Shown: positions 1 to 12,507 of the stretch, piece by piece
Position numbering within the stretch: position 1 is the first letter of the stretch
Layout: each line of letters opens with the position of its first letter
Source: Phaeosaccion multiseriatum
Lineage: Eukaryota > Protista > Ochrophyta, other classes
Direction of reading: 5' to 3'
Assembly: GCA_965112735.1 (NCBI GenBank)
Contig: OZ218957.1
Span: 434,001-498,000, forward strand
Length of the DNA stretch: 64,000 bases
Position numbers and translations under genes: made by a program
Notes under the pieces: generated by a model
Databases searched by the model: none
Seen by the model: the letters and a program-made list of their open reading frames with translations, nothing else
What the model was told of the DNA's origin: nothing

Positions 1-564
1 GTGACAGGGAGGGGCGGGGCACATAGACAAATAAATACAAGGGGTGGCAAGAGGAAGCAACAACAGATGTTAAGGGAAAGGGGCACGGCTGAATGACACA
101 CCATGGAACACACGACTTCTTGTTTGAGCGATAGGTGAGAGATTGATAGAGAGAGAGAGACAGAGAGAGAGACAGAGAGAGAGACAGAGAGAGAGAGAGA
201 GGAGGTGCGAACCGCGCCCGAGGACTCCTAGTCAGGGCGGTTTGGCAGCAGAAGGCCCCGTCGCAGTCGACACTCCCCGACAGTGTAGCAACACCGTGGG
301 TACTGAAATGGGAGAGTGCAAACTGCGGCAGGGCGTTTTGCCTCCCGACCGAGCGGACTCGACAGTCCGACGCAGACGCGAAGCGAAGGCGACGCGACAG
401 ACACGACACGACAGGCGGCAGGCGACAGGCGGCAGGAAGGCGTTGCTGGTGCCAAGGCTCGGACTCGTGCGCCGGTACCCTCTTCCTTCTCTTCCCTTCG
501 TCTCTATCCCCCCCCCCCCCCCAACCCCGACAGCCACCGCCTCCCTCAATGCCCCTGTGCCCCG

Positions 565-1717
565 TCAGAGAGGAGAGGGAGAGGGAGAGGGGCGAGGAGG
601 GAGGGAGGGGAGGGAAGGAGGCGAGGCAGAGTCGGAGAGACCGAGACCCGCGTCTTCTCGTGCATACATGCACGCACGCACGCACGCACGCACGCGCAGG
701 CCAGTAAGTGAGCGGCCCTCGGGCCTGCCAACCAACGGCCCCTTGACGTACGATACCCCCCCTCTCTCTCCCTCTCTCTCTCGAGCGAGAGTGACGTGTG
801 TGTGAGAGTGGCGCGGATGCCCCCACCAACGGCGCGGCACAGCGAGCTGCGCACGCGTCCTCTTCCCTCGGGCCCCGGGGTGGCGGGGGGCTCCCAACTT
901 ATCGTAATGTGGGGTGGCGGTGTGTACCTCATCAAGGGGCGACGTTGACGGCGGTGGAAGCAGCGATCCCTCCACGGTTGACGAAGGGGCTCTCGACTTG
1001 CTGGTCACGGGGGTCTTCTTGACGCGGTGTTGCTCGAGTCCGGGGATGCCACTGACGATTGTGCTGTCACTGGATGACCAACTGCTACTGCTGGGGGTGG
1101 TGGTCGTGGTGGTGGTGCCGGTGCCCGTGGTGGTGACGATGGGGAGCTTGCCGGTGGTGGTGCAGCTGCCGCCCCTTTTCTTGCGGTGAGAAGGAGTGGT
1201 CGCAGGGATATCCGTCGACGCTGACGATGACGCTCGATGCCTCTCCTTACTTACTGCCAGCGTCTTTTCTTTGCGCTGTGATATCGTCCGACGCGGGTTG
1301 GTGGTGGTGGTGATGGTGGTGGTGGTGGTGGTGGTGGTGGTGGTGGTGGTGGTGGTGGTGGTGGTGGTGTACCGAGAAAATTTCAACAGGCGCCTCTACC
1401 CGAGGCACAAGCTCATGTGCAGAACAGAACAGAACAGAAGAGGAGAGAAGAGGACATAACAGGACAGAACAGAACAAGACAGAACAGGACAGAACAGAAC
1501 AAGACAGGGGAAATGCACGGCACCACAGAAGGTACTGCACAACACAGCAGGGTGTGGAGCCACACTGGCTTGACTCACGTTGCTCATTTGGGCCATCATC
1601 TCAGCCACGGCTTGGGCCACATCGGAAGGCCTCTTCCCGGTGACCATGATCACACGATAGGGTGTCTTGTCGAGGCGCAGCTGCTCGCCCTGCTTACACG
1701 CGGCACATGCAAAACCA

Positions 1718-1811
<94 letters not shown>

Positions 1812-2447
1812 TACACATACAAAATACAATTTCAATTAAGTGATGAAAAAAGGCTCCCAAAGAGTAACCTTGCTTGGCCGACAAACGCAACCCACACTCG
1901 CTGACCACACACACAACCACCCACGCACGCCCCCACCCACCTGCTGCTGAGACATCCTGATGGAAACGGAGAAGCGCATCTGCATGGCCTTCTGGATACA
2001 ACCCCCCTTGCCCATGAGGCAGCCCGTCAGCACCGCCGGGCCCAGGAACTTGAATACGGCAGCCTTCGCGGCAGGCTGAAGCTGCAGCACGTTGGTGGCG
2101 GTGGTGAGGGTAGTGATGGAGGAAGGGGAAGGAGGGGCTGCCCCTTCTGTTGGGGTCGAGGCGGTTGTGCTGGTGGTAGTCGGCGGCTCGGGCTTGGTCT
2201 CCTTGGGGGTCACGTCAAGAGTTGTGAGGCTTGAGAAGGAAGGCCCCCCGCTCCCATGGCTTGGGGCGAAGCACACTGCCGAGCGTAATACCTCCTCACA
2301 GGAGGGCGGAGACTCATCCACGCCTTTCATAGGCGGCCCTAGGGGCTTGCCTTCCGAGCCGACTGGCGGCTGGGCTGTTGTGGTTGGGGTGTCCAGGCCA
2401 CCCAAGGTCTCCTGCTTGCTCGGTGGGCTGCTGGTCAGGGTGGTCAT
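565..2447 (-). CDS. KH-domain RNA-binding protein (Nova/PCBP-like, divergent); spliced, 3' end not resolved
   Basis: ATG at 2447. Exon1 ends ...AVFKFLGPAVLTGCLMGKGGCIQKAMQMRFSVSIRMSQQQ|gt (1941), a KH GxxG loop. Exon2 1579-1690 GEQLRLDKTPYRVIMVTGKRPSDVAQAVAEMMAQMSN|gtgagt completes the KH fold. Exon3 from ~1396 continues in frame into the Thr/Ser-rich ORF 565-1386. Confidence 0.65.
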
Positions 2448-4048
2448 GGTGAGCTGAGCTGCCCCGAGCTTAGAGATATGAAACGTGTGTGCCTGCTCTT
2501 TGTATCTGCGGTCTATTCTGTGGTGGCTTCCTTCTGCTGGGTGATGGTGGTGGTGGTGGTGGTGATGGTGATGGTGATGGTGAAGTAGAGTAGTCAGGGG
2601 AGGAGAAAGGACGAAAGCAAACCACAACGGAGGTAGACTGTGAGCACGGAAAGGATGGCAACAAGGGCGAAGCGATACATTGATTAACAGATAAGGATAC
2701 CCTGGAATGCCCCATCCATACCCTTGTCCCCCCTCGCCTGCCTCAGTACGGCCCTCTGCGCTCGCTTGTGCCGTCCCATTCCGACGGAGTGTGTCCCACT
2801 GCTACTCTGCCCATCCACTCCCCCGCCACCGCCCCTTCCTCACTTACCTGCTCCTACCGCCAGGGCTTGTCCCTAGGCCCCCCCCTTGTGGTTCGTGGGG
2901 GGGCTTCGTTTATCTTATCCTTTGGCCCCTCCCGCTTCCGATGGTCTTAGAAGCTCTTGTCCCTCCTGTCTTGTTAGAGCACTCCTGCGTAGAGAACGAA
3001 GAGGCAAGGGGGAAGGGGTTTGAGGGAGCGAGCAGCGGAAGGGGATGGGGGAGGGAATGAGATTGCAGACAAGGGCTCCAAGAATGTCCCGCCGAAGCAC
3101 GAGGAGTGAGACGCTCTGGCAGGAAGAGCAGCGGAGCAGGCGTAAAAGTAGAGGCGGGCAGTCTCGTTAGAGCCCTCAAGAACAAAGCCAGTGGGGATGG
3201 GAATGCAGCATGGAGATGCATCGGAGGACACTGGCTGGGATCCTGTGGCCAACGCCACGGCGCGAGGCTATAGAAGCGAGTAAGCGAAGGCTAGAGCGCC
3301 TACTAGTCATTCTGCTGCTGTACTGCTAGCCTGTTGCTGCTATTGATGGGGGCACAAGCCTTCCTCTTGGCGGCTGTGAAGGAATCAACTAGCTGCGCAA
3401 GGGCTTTCCTCGCCACCTTTCCCGTACGAACGCGCTGTGCTTGGCCCTACTCACGCGAGTCTTGCCCACCTCCGCTCCCCCAGTGCCCAGTCAAGCTCTG
3501 GCGATATCTCTTCGTCCTGCCAAAACTCTTCTTCAACCTCTCCTCTCTCCCTCTCTCTTGGCTTCAACGCGTCCTCCGCCCTCGCTCCACCTCCCCTTTG
3601 TCCTTCCCTCCCGCCCCCTCCGTCTCACCTTGGGTCTTGTCAGCTCTCCTCCCGTCTCCCCCTTTCTCTATAGCGCCACCAAAGGAATAGTTCTCTTCCG
3701 CTTTTAAAAGTGATTGAGCCACTCAAAGCGTGAACTCAAACTGACTTCTCTCAGAGGGGAGGCCTCTGAAGGCCTCTTGTCAAGGCTGTGTGAAAATGAA
3801 GGACGAGGAGGCAGAAAGAGAGGCATAATGACATCAAGCAGCTTCGCAACAGCACTCCGACCACTAGGGCTGCGATGGCATGGCGTCAACAGCAGTGGGC
3901 ACAGCGGGTGTGCAAAATCCATTATTTACCTAACTGTCTGCTCTGTGGCTGTCCTCTTGGCGCTTCTCAGGGCAGGACCACACCCACGCGGCTCTCCGTT
4001 GCCTCCTCTTCCACGATCACTGACCACACCAAAGGTGCCAAAGGCGTC
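2445..4048. repeat. Inverted segmental duplication, copy 1 (partner 21059-22697): upstream region of the KH gene plus a dispersed element
   Basis: Reverse complement of 21059-22697 aligns by eye over ~1.6 kb with high identity. Near-identical ORFs appear on opposite strands, e.g. 3334..3690(+) vs 21394..21771(-) and 2768..2950(+) vs 22192..22398(-). Confidence 0.9.
3711..4048. mobile_element. Dispersed repeat / putative non-autonomous element, copy 1 of 3
   Basis: Starts TGATTGAG...CTCAAAGCGTGAACTCAAACTGACTTCTCTCAGAG. The same start occurs at 21400 (-) and 37616 (+) with unrelated flanks immediately outside. No transposase or TIR pair identified. Confidence 0.5.
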
Positions 4049-4835
4049 GTGGGCGCACGCAACTGCAACTGCCTGGCTGGACTGAGGAAGGGGCCATGGC
4101 CGACGTTGACATGTATACTTATGTCAACAGGCAAGGTTTGCATTGGGGGCCACAGACGTGGAAAGAAAGGAGAGACGAAAAGAGACGTATCGATAGGCCT
4201 ACTAGAGAAACGTAGAGGGGGAGGAGCGAGGGCGGAGACGGTGGGCCGAAGCCAATGGCGAGCGGAAAAGCAACAAGTGGGAAGGTGGTAGAAGAAGCCC
4301 ACTACCGAACTGCCGAACCGCAGCGGGAGGTGCTCCACTGCCCACGCCGGTTGCCCCCTCGCCCCCCCCCTGCTGATGGGGAAAGCATACACACCTCTCA
4401 GCCACGAGTTGGAGAGGGCCTCTCGCCCCGGAGAGTAGGGCAAAGCTCAGCAGCAGAGGGTGGTCTGCGTACGCTCCCAATCCTTCAACCAACCAACCTC
4501 TCACACACACTCTCACATCATTATCGCACACTTTTTGAATTATTAACTTAAATTAATTCTCGATATATCGTGCCTTGCCTGGGAAGGAAATCGAGCAGAC
4601 AAGCTGCATCCTTACACATAAATGAACATCCCAAAAACCCGATCTATAACTAAGTTATAACTAAGCCAAGTATGTAAGCCCTACCTCCACATTGCACTGA
4701 GCGATTTAGGTGTGCATCAAACAGGGGCAAGGCCTAGACTCGCCCCCCCCCCCAGGACCGGTCAGGTAGCGCACCACCCTCTGTTTCCACCACCGCTCTA
4801 CACCTCTCTGCTCTCCTTGCTTGCCTGCTCCCTCT

Positions 4836-4909
4836 TCAGTCGATGTCGAGGTCTATTTGAGAAGTCGCAGCGTCCTGCCCTCCCCCTGTCGTGGCCGCCT
4901 CAGTCGCCA

Positions 4910-4959
<50 letters not shown>

Positions 4960-5432
4960 TGTGTCACCACCTGCTGCTCGCTGTCGGTGGTGCTCGAGGG
5001 CTCTCCCAAGTCAATTAAGGGGCTCTTGCCTACCCCCGTGGAGTCTTCACTGTCCCCCACTGCGGCTGCTGCGGGCTTGCCAGCGCTTGAAGGGTCAAGG
5101 CCCACCTGCACAACGAGGAAAGGGGGAGGGAGGGAGGCAGGGAGGGAGGGTGTGCAGCACAACCGCAATCAGTCAGTCAGTCAGTCAGTCACAGCCAGAC
5201 GACGCGACTGCCATCGCAACAAGAAGGCAACAAAGGGCCTGCTCCAAAACAGAATGCATCTCACTCGACTCCGAACAATGCCCGTGAGCAGCTTGCGCAC
5301 TACGGGCTACCCCACCATCACCATCACCATCACCATCACCATCACCATCACCATCACCATGCCCAATGGTCAGACATTGCACAGACCGCTTGGGGCGGCG
5401 GTGAGTGGGGTACTGTGGGTGGACACGGAGCG

Positions 5433-5493
<61 letters not shown>

Positions 5494-8400
5494 CTCACCG
5501 CGCCTATCCCTCCTGATTGGGGCGCATGTGGGGGTGAGTATGTGCCGTATGACATGACCCCTTCGCCCGCTGGGTGGGCCCCGCCCTCCTCGTCTGCCGC
5601 TCCCTCGCCGCCTTGCTCCAGGTCAGCCTGTCAGCAGATAGGCATACAGGCATAAGAGGCATATAGGTTATGATTTTGGCACATCTGCCGGGCTTTGTGT
5701 GTGTGTATGGGTGTCCTCTAGGCAGAGAGCCCAAACAGACACCAAGTTCCCTGTTGTTGTTGCGTCCCTCCCTTCCACCCTTGCACCCACACACTCACAC
5801 ACCCCCGAGGCGAGCCAGCAGCACTCGGTGAGAGACAGCCCGCTGGCAGCGGGACCCCTCGCTTCCTCAGCTCAAGTATATACGCATGTATCCCTGCTGG
5901 CACAAAGCCAGTCAGATCAAATTGAAACGGAAACTGAAGCTACGTACGGGGCTTACGGAACTAACGGCGCTAACGTACCTCGTCAAGGCCTCGGGTGCAG
6001 CAGATGAAGCACGCCAGACAGAGCACCATGCAGCCCGCGATGATGAAGGCTGAGGGGCATGGTAGAGGCATATGGGTAGGCGGGTGAGTAGAGGGATACG
6101 GGCAAGCGCGGGAGGAGGTGTGCTTTTTGAGCCGGGCTGCAATGCCTATTTTCCACCCACCTGCCCACCAATCCACCTATGCGTCCGCCGACCCATCCAC
6201 CCACCAATCCGCCCGTCTTCCCATCGACCCACCCACCCACCCGCCCACCGACCCACCCATCGACCCATCCACCCACCCGCCCATCCATCCACCCATCCGC
6301 CCACCCACCCCCTCCCTCCATCCCTCCCTCCATCCCTCCCTCCCCTCCCTCACCCTCCCTCCTCGCTTGCCTGGTGTGAGGATGACAAAGACGGAGTAGT
6401 CCGCGTCTCCATCGATGCGGACGAGGGCAAGCACCACCATCACCGCGCCAATGGACCAGCAGCAGCAACCCGTTGTGGCCTGGGGTCAGGCCACAGGACA
6501 TGCAGGAGGCATACGAGGCATACCGGGCAGAGGGGCAAAGGGACAAGGGCGGTAACCCCCCACAAGGAGCCACAAGGGGGAGAGGGGGGGGGGGGCAGTG
6601 TGCGTGTGTGTGTGAGAGAGAGTAGTGTAGAATAGAGGCATACATGGGGTATGGGGTATGAGGGGAGGCAGGGAGGGGGGAGAGGGGGAGGGGAAGGGGC
6701 CGAGGGAGATATAGGGAGGGGAGAGAGAGTGGAAGAGAGACAGGGAGGGGGACGCATTCATTTCTTCAGGGCTGAGATGTGTCTGCGAGAGGAGCGAGCT
6801 GAGTATGCGGGGCCTTTGGGAGGGAGGGAGGGACCCGATGACGAATGTATCAGTGATCAAGTGCACTCACCACCACCACCACCCCTCCTTCCCACACGCC
6901 CTCCCTTTTCACTCGGCCTCTCATTTCCTCACTTCCTCAATTACACACTCCCTGTACTCCATGTGGTGCCTCCTCCTCCTCCTCCTCCTCCTCCTCCTCC
7001 TCGTCATCATTATCTTCATCATCATCACCATTATCATCATCATCATCATCATCATCATCGTCATCATCAGCATTCATCAGCAGTATCATCACCATCATCA
7101 TCATCATCATCATCATGATCATCATTATCACTGCCCTTACCTTATTGTACAGCGCGGCGGCGAGCTCCTGTCTGGCCGCTCGTGCTTCTCTCTCCTCCTC
7201 TGCGGTCTCGCCCTCCTCTTCCACCTCCGCTCGGGCGATATACTGCGCCAGAGGAAGGAGAGGAGGGGAGGACGAGAGGACGAGAGAGGAGGAGGAGAAG
7301 GGGAGGAGCGAAGGGAAGGCGGACAGAGAGACACGGAGAGGAAGGAGAAGAAGGGGGAGGTAAGAAATATGGCAACTGCGAGGGAGGTAAATGGGGAGGG
7401 GGGGGGTCTGCATACACACTGATGTGGTATCACCAACTGCTGTACCACCAACTGCTGTATCATAACAGTGCAGAGCGAACTAACACTCACACTAACCTTG
7501 GCGGTGCGATACAAGAGCACGTTGGAGAGAGCGACGAAGGCTACGTAGATGAGGAGGGGCGTGAACACCACCCACCAGTTCCACCCTACGGAGTGGTTCA
7601 GCTTGAGCGCGAGGAAGATGAGCTGCCACACACGCATGGCGGAGTGTACAAGGCCCTTTTGGGCGGTGGACCTGGCGAGCATGCCCTCTTCGTAGGCGCG
7701 CATCGGGTCCTCCTGTGTATGGGTGAGTGGGTGGAGGGGTGGGGGTGGGTAGGTGTGTGTGTGTGGATGTGGATGTGTGTGTGTTGTGTGCGCGTGTGTA
7801 TGCGTGTGTGTGGATGTGGATGTGTGTGTTTTGTGTGTGTGCGCGCGTGTATGTGGGTGGGTGTGTGGGTGGGTGCGTGGATGTGTGGATGTGGATGTGT
7901 GTGTTGTGCGTGTGTGTGCGTGCGTGCGTGCGTGTGTGCGTGTGAGTTTGCTTGTCCACCTATTCCATCTGCTTGCACGTTGTCCAGGCGCGCCGCGCTT
8001 CCACCACCACCACCACAACCTCAGCTTCACATACCCTGGACAAATCCAACCTTGAGACCCAACATTGCTTACCTGAGGGTCTTGTCCCTCCTCCATAGAC
8101 TGCCTGAACTTCTCGATCAACGCCTCCGCATCAGGGGCGGGTTTTCGCAGGACCAGAACGTGCCGCATCACCCGCAGGCCCTCCCAGATCTGCACCCATT
8201 CATTCCGTCGTTCATTCCGTCATACATTCATTCACATTCGGCAGAGCAAAACACATGTTAGGTACGCAGGAGGCCCACTGGAGATGCCGTCGTGCCGTCC
8301 GTGCTGAAGATCACAAGATACAAAACCACAGCCAGAACGAAAGAAAGAACGAACCAACAAATGACCCACTCCAGTCGGTGTGTTTTCCTTCCTCCCCATC

Positions 8401-10190
8401 GACCCCCCCGCCCCCGCCCGCCTCCTCACACAAAAGCATCACTCTTGGCCCCGTTCACGCATTCCTTCATTCTGTCAAGTAGAAACACACATGCATCGTA
8501 CCAGCAGTGGAGAGAACACCGCGAACCAGTTCCAACCGATGACTTTGTCAAGGCGCAGCGTCAGAAACACTTGCTGCAGAATGAGCAGGCACCCGCTAAG
8601 CAAATCCAGAAGCCGCTCGCTCAGAGGGTTTGGGTTGGTCCAGATCTCCCCCTCCTCCCCCTCGGGAGGCTTGATCTCTCCCACAGCAGCATTGTTGACG
8701 AGCGCAATCAGGACGAGCGCACTATATATCCACAGAGGGATCCAACAGACAGTCCAATTGGCACGGATGTCTCCGTCTGCCTTGGCACAGAAGGTCAGGG
8801 GGAAGGCCATTAAGATGCCCACGATGAGGAGCACAAGCAGCACCAAGTGCGATCGGTCTCTAGAGGACATCTTCGTAAAGTTTTCCCACACCATCTGCAA
8901 TGTATGGTAGATGGCGAAGGTAAGGCGAGAGAGAGAGAGATGGAGCGGCGGGGTGAGGGAGAGGGAGAGAGAGGGGTGAGATGATGTGCGGGGGCGGCGG
9001 CAGGGTGTGATGTAGAGTCGACGAGGCCTCCTCCCTCCCTCTCCCCCCCCCCTCTCCCCTCTCTGTCCCCTCCATTTCTCCTCACCCCTCGCTCCTCCCT
9101 GTCTTCTCTTCTCACCTCACCTCGCTTCCCCTCCACCCCCATCCCCTCCTCTTCTCTCTCCCCTTGTATCCCCCTCCCCCTTCTCTCCCTCCCTCCCTCC
9201 CTCCCTCCCCTCCTCTCTCCTCACCTCCGGGTGCATGGCAGCTGGGTCATCGATGAGCTTGACGGCCATCGCTCCGAGCTTATCGTAAGTGTCTCTCTTC
9301 TTGGGGTCTTTCAGGACCTATGCGGGACCAAGCGCAGATATGGAGAGGGAGGAGGAGGGGGGGGAAGCAGCAGTCCAGAGAGACGGAGATTGGTTCGGGA
9401 GGGAGCGATGGAGCGAGGGAGGGAGGGGGTAGGACGGGGGGGTGGGTGAGTTGACAAAGCTGATGCACACACGCACGCCCACGTCCACCTCTGCACTCTG
9501 TTTCTTACGTCGTATCCCTCCTTCATGCGTTGGAACTTGGCCCTGTCCTCTTCCGTCACTGTCTGCCCCTTCTGCGCGAGCTTATCCGGGTGGAGTGTCA
9601 AGCTGAGCAGCAGCAGCAGCAGCAGGAGGAGGACGAGGAGGAAGAGGAGGAGGAGGAGGGTGGCGTCGGATGAGCCAGGGTAATTTAGCAAGGAGGGAAG
9701 AAGAGGACGGTACGGGACGAGGCGACCAAAGGAAGACTTTTTGTGTTACCTTGCTCGCTTGTACGCCTTCCGAATATCCTCCGCACTGGCATCTCTCTCC
9801 AGCTGCGCAGGTCACCATGAGTACCAGGAAAGAGTCGTTATCAGTCAGTTGACAGAGAAGCAAGAGGGATGGCGGGGGTTGGATGTAAGGCTTGGCAGAG
9901 ACAAACAGAGGGCTGTCGACCGCATGCCAAACGGAGGAGACACATCCACGAGGAGTTCACCACTCACCCCTAGAAGGTCGTAATACTCCGTAGAGTCATC
10001 CGATCCTCGCAGTAGGCCCCTGAGAAGGAGAGTGAGAAGAAAAGGGAGGCCAGAAGACGGGATGTTCTCGTTCAGAGGAAGGTGTCCAATTCAATTAACG
10101 TGCCCAGCAAGTTCTACCCAGCGCAGCTCCACCGCTGCTGCTGTCCCCTCCAACGCATTACCCGCAGAAGAAGACCGCTATCCGATTCAT
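4836..10190 (-). CDS. DnaJ (J-domain) protein fused to a TMEM185/Fragile-X-F-like multi-pass membrane region; ~12 exons
   Basis: Spliced N-terminus MNRIAVFFCG|GLLRGSDDSTEYYDLLG|LERDASAEDIRKAYKRAS|LTLHPDKLAQKG...FQRMKEGYD|..LKDPKKRDTYDKLG (HPD motif). Repeated 'WNWxxVFxPL / LxLxLD' TM motifs at 8500-8895 and 7500-7715. Cys-rich 'CLACFICC'. Stop at 4836. Confidence 0.85.
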
Positions 10191-10405
10191 CGTCGCCCCA
10201 CTCCTCCTCCGCTCCCCGCTGCCCCTCTTTAAATCAAAGCCGCGGCCGAGTGTTGGCCGTGTCATCACGGTATCAGATCACAGATGGCGTCTTTCAAGGC
10301 CCAGCCCGGAAACCGCTCAAGAAAGTTACGTAACAAAGTTACATAAGGAGCCTGAGGAGTGGCGGTGGCCACTGTAGCGAAGAGACTTCTTTGTGTGCTT
10401 TGATC
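10191..10405. promoter_or_regulatory. Putative bidirectional promoter between DnaJ/TMEM185 (-) and RPL22 (+)
   Basis: Only ~215 bp separate two divergent ATGs. Contains AAAGTTACGTAACAAAGTTACATAA (palindrome GTTACGTAAC plus direct repeat AAAGTTAC). Confidence 0.5.
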
Positions 10406-11667
10406 ATGGCGCCGGTGAGTTGGAGGGACGACGGATGATGGAACTGAGTTGATGTGCAATGCTTTGGTGTCTCAGAGACTCCTCCTCTGATGGCTGAAGT
10501 CTTCAGAGACACCTCCTCTGTCGATGCATGTTGGCCGTCCGCGGCACCACTTCAGCAGCAGCAGCAGCGGCAGGAGGACCATCGAGCATCTCGCTCTCAT
10601 CACCGAGTGTGGTATGGGAAGAAGGGGGGTGCGGGGGGGCGGCAAGAACGGCGTGTAGCGTCTTAGAGGGGTCCGTCTGTGCACACACAGCTGAGACCGT
10701 CTCTAATGGCTGCACCACCCTCTTCCCGCCCACCCGCACTGGATGCTTTCTAAGCGCACAGTCCTATGCTTGTGTGTGAGATTTTCCTGACGGTCTGTGG
10801 AGTGAGAGTAAACGCAAAAGCTGCAGAGAAGACCAGGAGGAAGGCGAGGAGGAAGGCACGTTTCCCCCCCTTGGCTTGGCTTTTGCTTGAATAACACTAA
10901 CGCCTTTGAAGGAGCCCCAACTCCTAGCACACACGGCGCACTGGCCCCTTTTCTCAACGAGTTTCTCTCTTGTCCCCTCTACTGCTGCCACCACTACTAC
11001 GGCGCCTCCGGTACTCCAGACTACCAAGGGAAAGGGTGCCAAGAAGCAGTCGGTGAAGTACACCATCGACGCCGCTGTGCCCGTCAGCGACCGCGTGCTG
11101 GACCCCGCCAGCCTTGAGAAGTTCCTCCATGACAAGATCAAGGTCAATGGCAAGGCCGGCAACCTCGGTGACACCGTCACCATCACGTAAGTCGCCTGTG
11201 TACAAGTGATGGGACGTAAGATACGATGGGATAGTGACAGGATAGACAAGTATGAAGGCAGAGCTTTGCGGCTGTTCCTCCCCTCCTTCTCTCTTCCTAG
11301 ACACGACAACTGTCCCCCCTACCGGCACATACTCACGTCGCCCTGTACTGCTGTTTCCTCTCCTCCTCCACACCCGTACGCACCCACCCACCTGCACCCA
11401 CCCACACCCACCACCTCTGCACACAAAACACACATACGCACACCCACACACATACCTACCCGCACGCTCCACAGCCGTGACAACGCCAAGCTGCACGTGA
11501 CGGCCCAGCTGCCCTTCAGCAAGCGCTACCTCAAGTACCTCAGCAAGAAGTACCTCAAGAAGCAGCAGCTCAGGGACTACCTCAAGATTGTGGCCACTAC
11601 CAAGAACACCTACGAGATGCGCTACTTCGAGATCAACGTCGAGGCAGAGGCAGAGGAGGAGGAGTAA
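10406..11667 (+). CDS. RPL22: 60S ribosomal protein L22e (eL22); 3 exons
   Basis: Exon1 ATGGCGCCG|gtgagt (10406-10414). Exon2 11021-11186 [50 protein letters not shown]. Exon3 ...[29 protein letters not shown]...YEMRYFEI, the diagnostic eL22 motifs. Confidence 0.97.
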
Positions 11668-12507
11668 ACTCAGCACTATTGTCTACCCCGATTCCTCGTG
11701 GTTCTCTTGTTTCTAGCGTCTCTTTAAGGTCGTGCCGAATACAGAAGTCCCCTACAGCTACACACCATCATAATCGTCTCCGCTGTTAGCCCCTTCCCCC
11801 ATCTTTCGTAGCCCCGGCCTACACTGCGTCAACCTTGACTGCATTCCGTGTGCTGGAGCGCTACTACCACGCCCCCTTCCGCCCCTACCGACAGCTGTTT
11901 TGCGCATGATTTTGAGTCCCCCGCCCGTCCCGTCCGTTAGACAAGTAGTCCCTATTTTCGCTGATGACATGCTGAGAGAGAGAGAGGGCCTCTCGCCTCT
12001 CTTGAAACAACACTTGAGACAAATCTCCGTCTCTTTTCTTCCTCACGAGGAATCATGGGGGGATACATGTGCATCTCTATTAGGCACCCGAGCTTTGGAG
12101 TGGTTAGGAGGGCGGGGGTGGGGAGCAGCAGGCACGACCACCTGGTGCCACAACTTGCGAATACAAGCGGAGCGATGGGACCACCTCCCTACCCTCCTCG
12201 GACGGACCCTCCTCCTGTCGCACTCCAAAGCAGAGCAGTGCTAAGCTAGGTCAAGAGCAGCAGGAGTGGACAGCCACACACCATCCCACTACATCTTTCC
12301 CCTTTCGACCAGTCTCGCTGCTGCTGCTACCCAATGTCATCTGACCTTCTAAAAGGTCGAAGGCAGACTATAGAGACCTAAACATACTTGACACACTAGT
12401 GTATCTCTATCGCCACTCCCTCCTCCAGCTCCTCCCGGCCCGCGTCTCTCCGCTGTACTCCCCTCTCATTTCTCCTCTCCTCTCCTACTCGTCTGTTATC
12501 TCCTCTC

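Noticed and set aside
4530-4680. AT-rich patch with TATAACTAAGTTATAACTAAG as a special element
   Set aside because: Short and located just downstream of the DnaJ gene stop, so it is most simply a 3'UTR/terminator region.
10430-10800. C/D box snoRNA in RPL22 intron 1 (GATGATG ... CTGA)
   Set aside because: Box C is imperfect, I recognised no rRNA antisense element, and the CTGA motifs are partly explained by a short local duplication (TCAGAGACnCCTCCTCTG x2). An Infernal/snoscan search would be needed.
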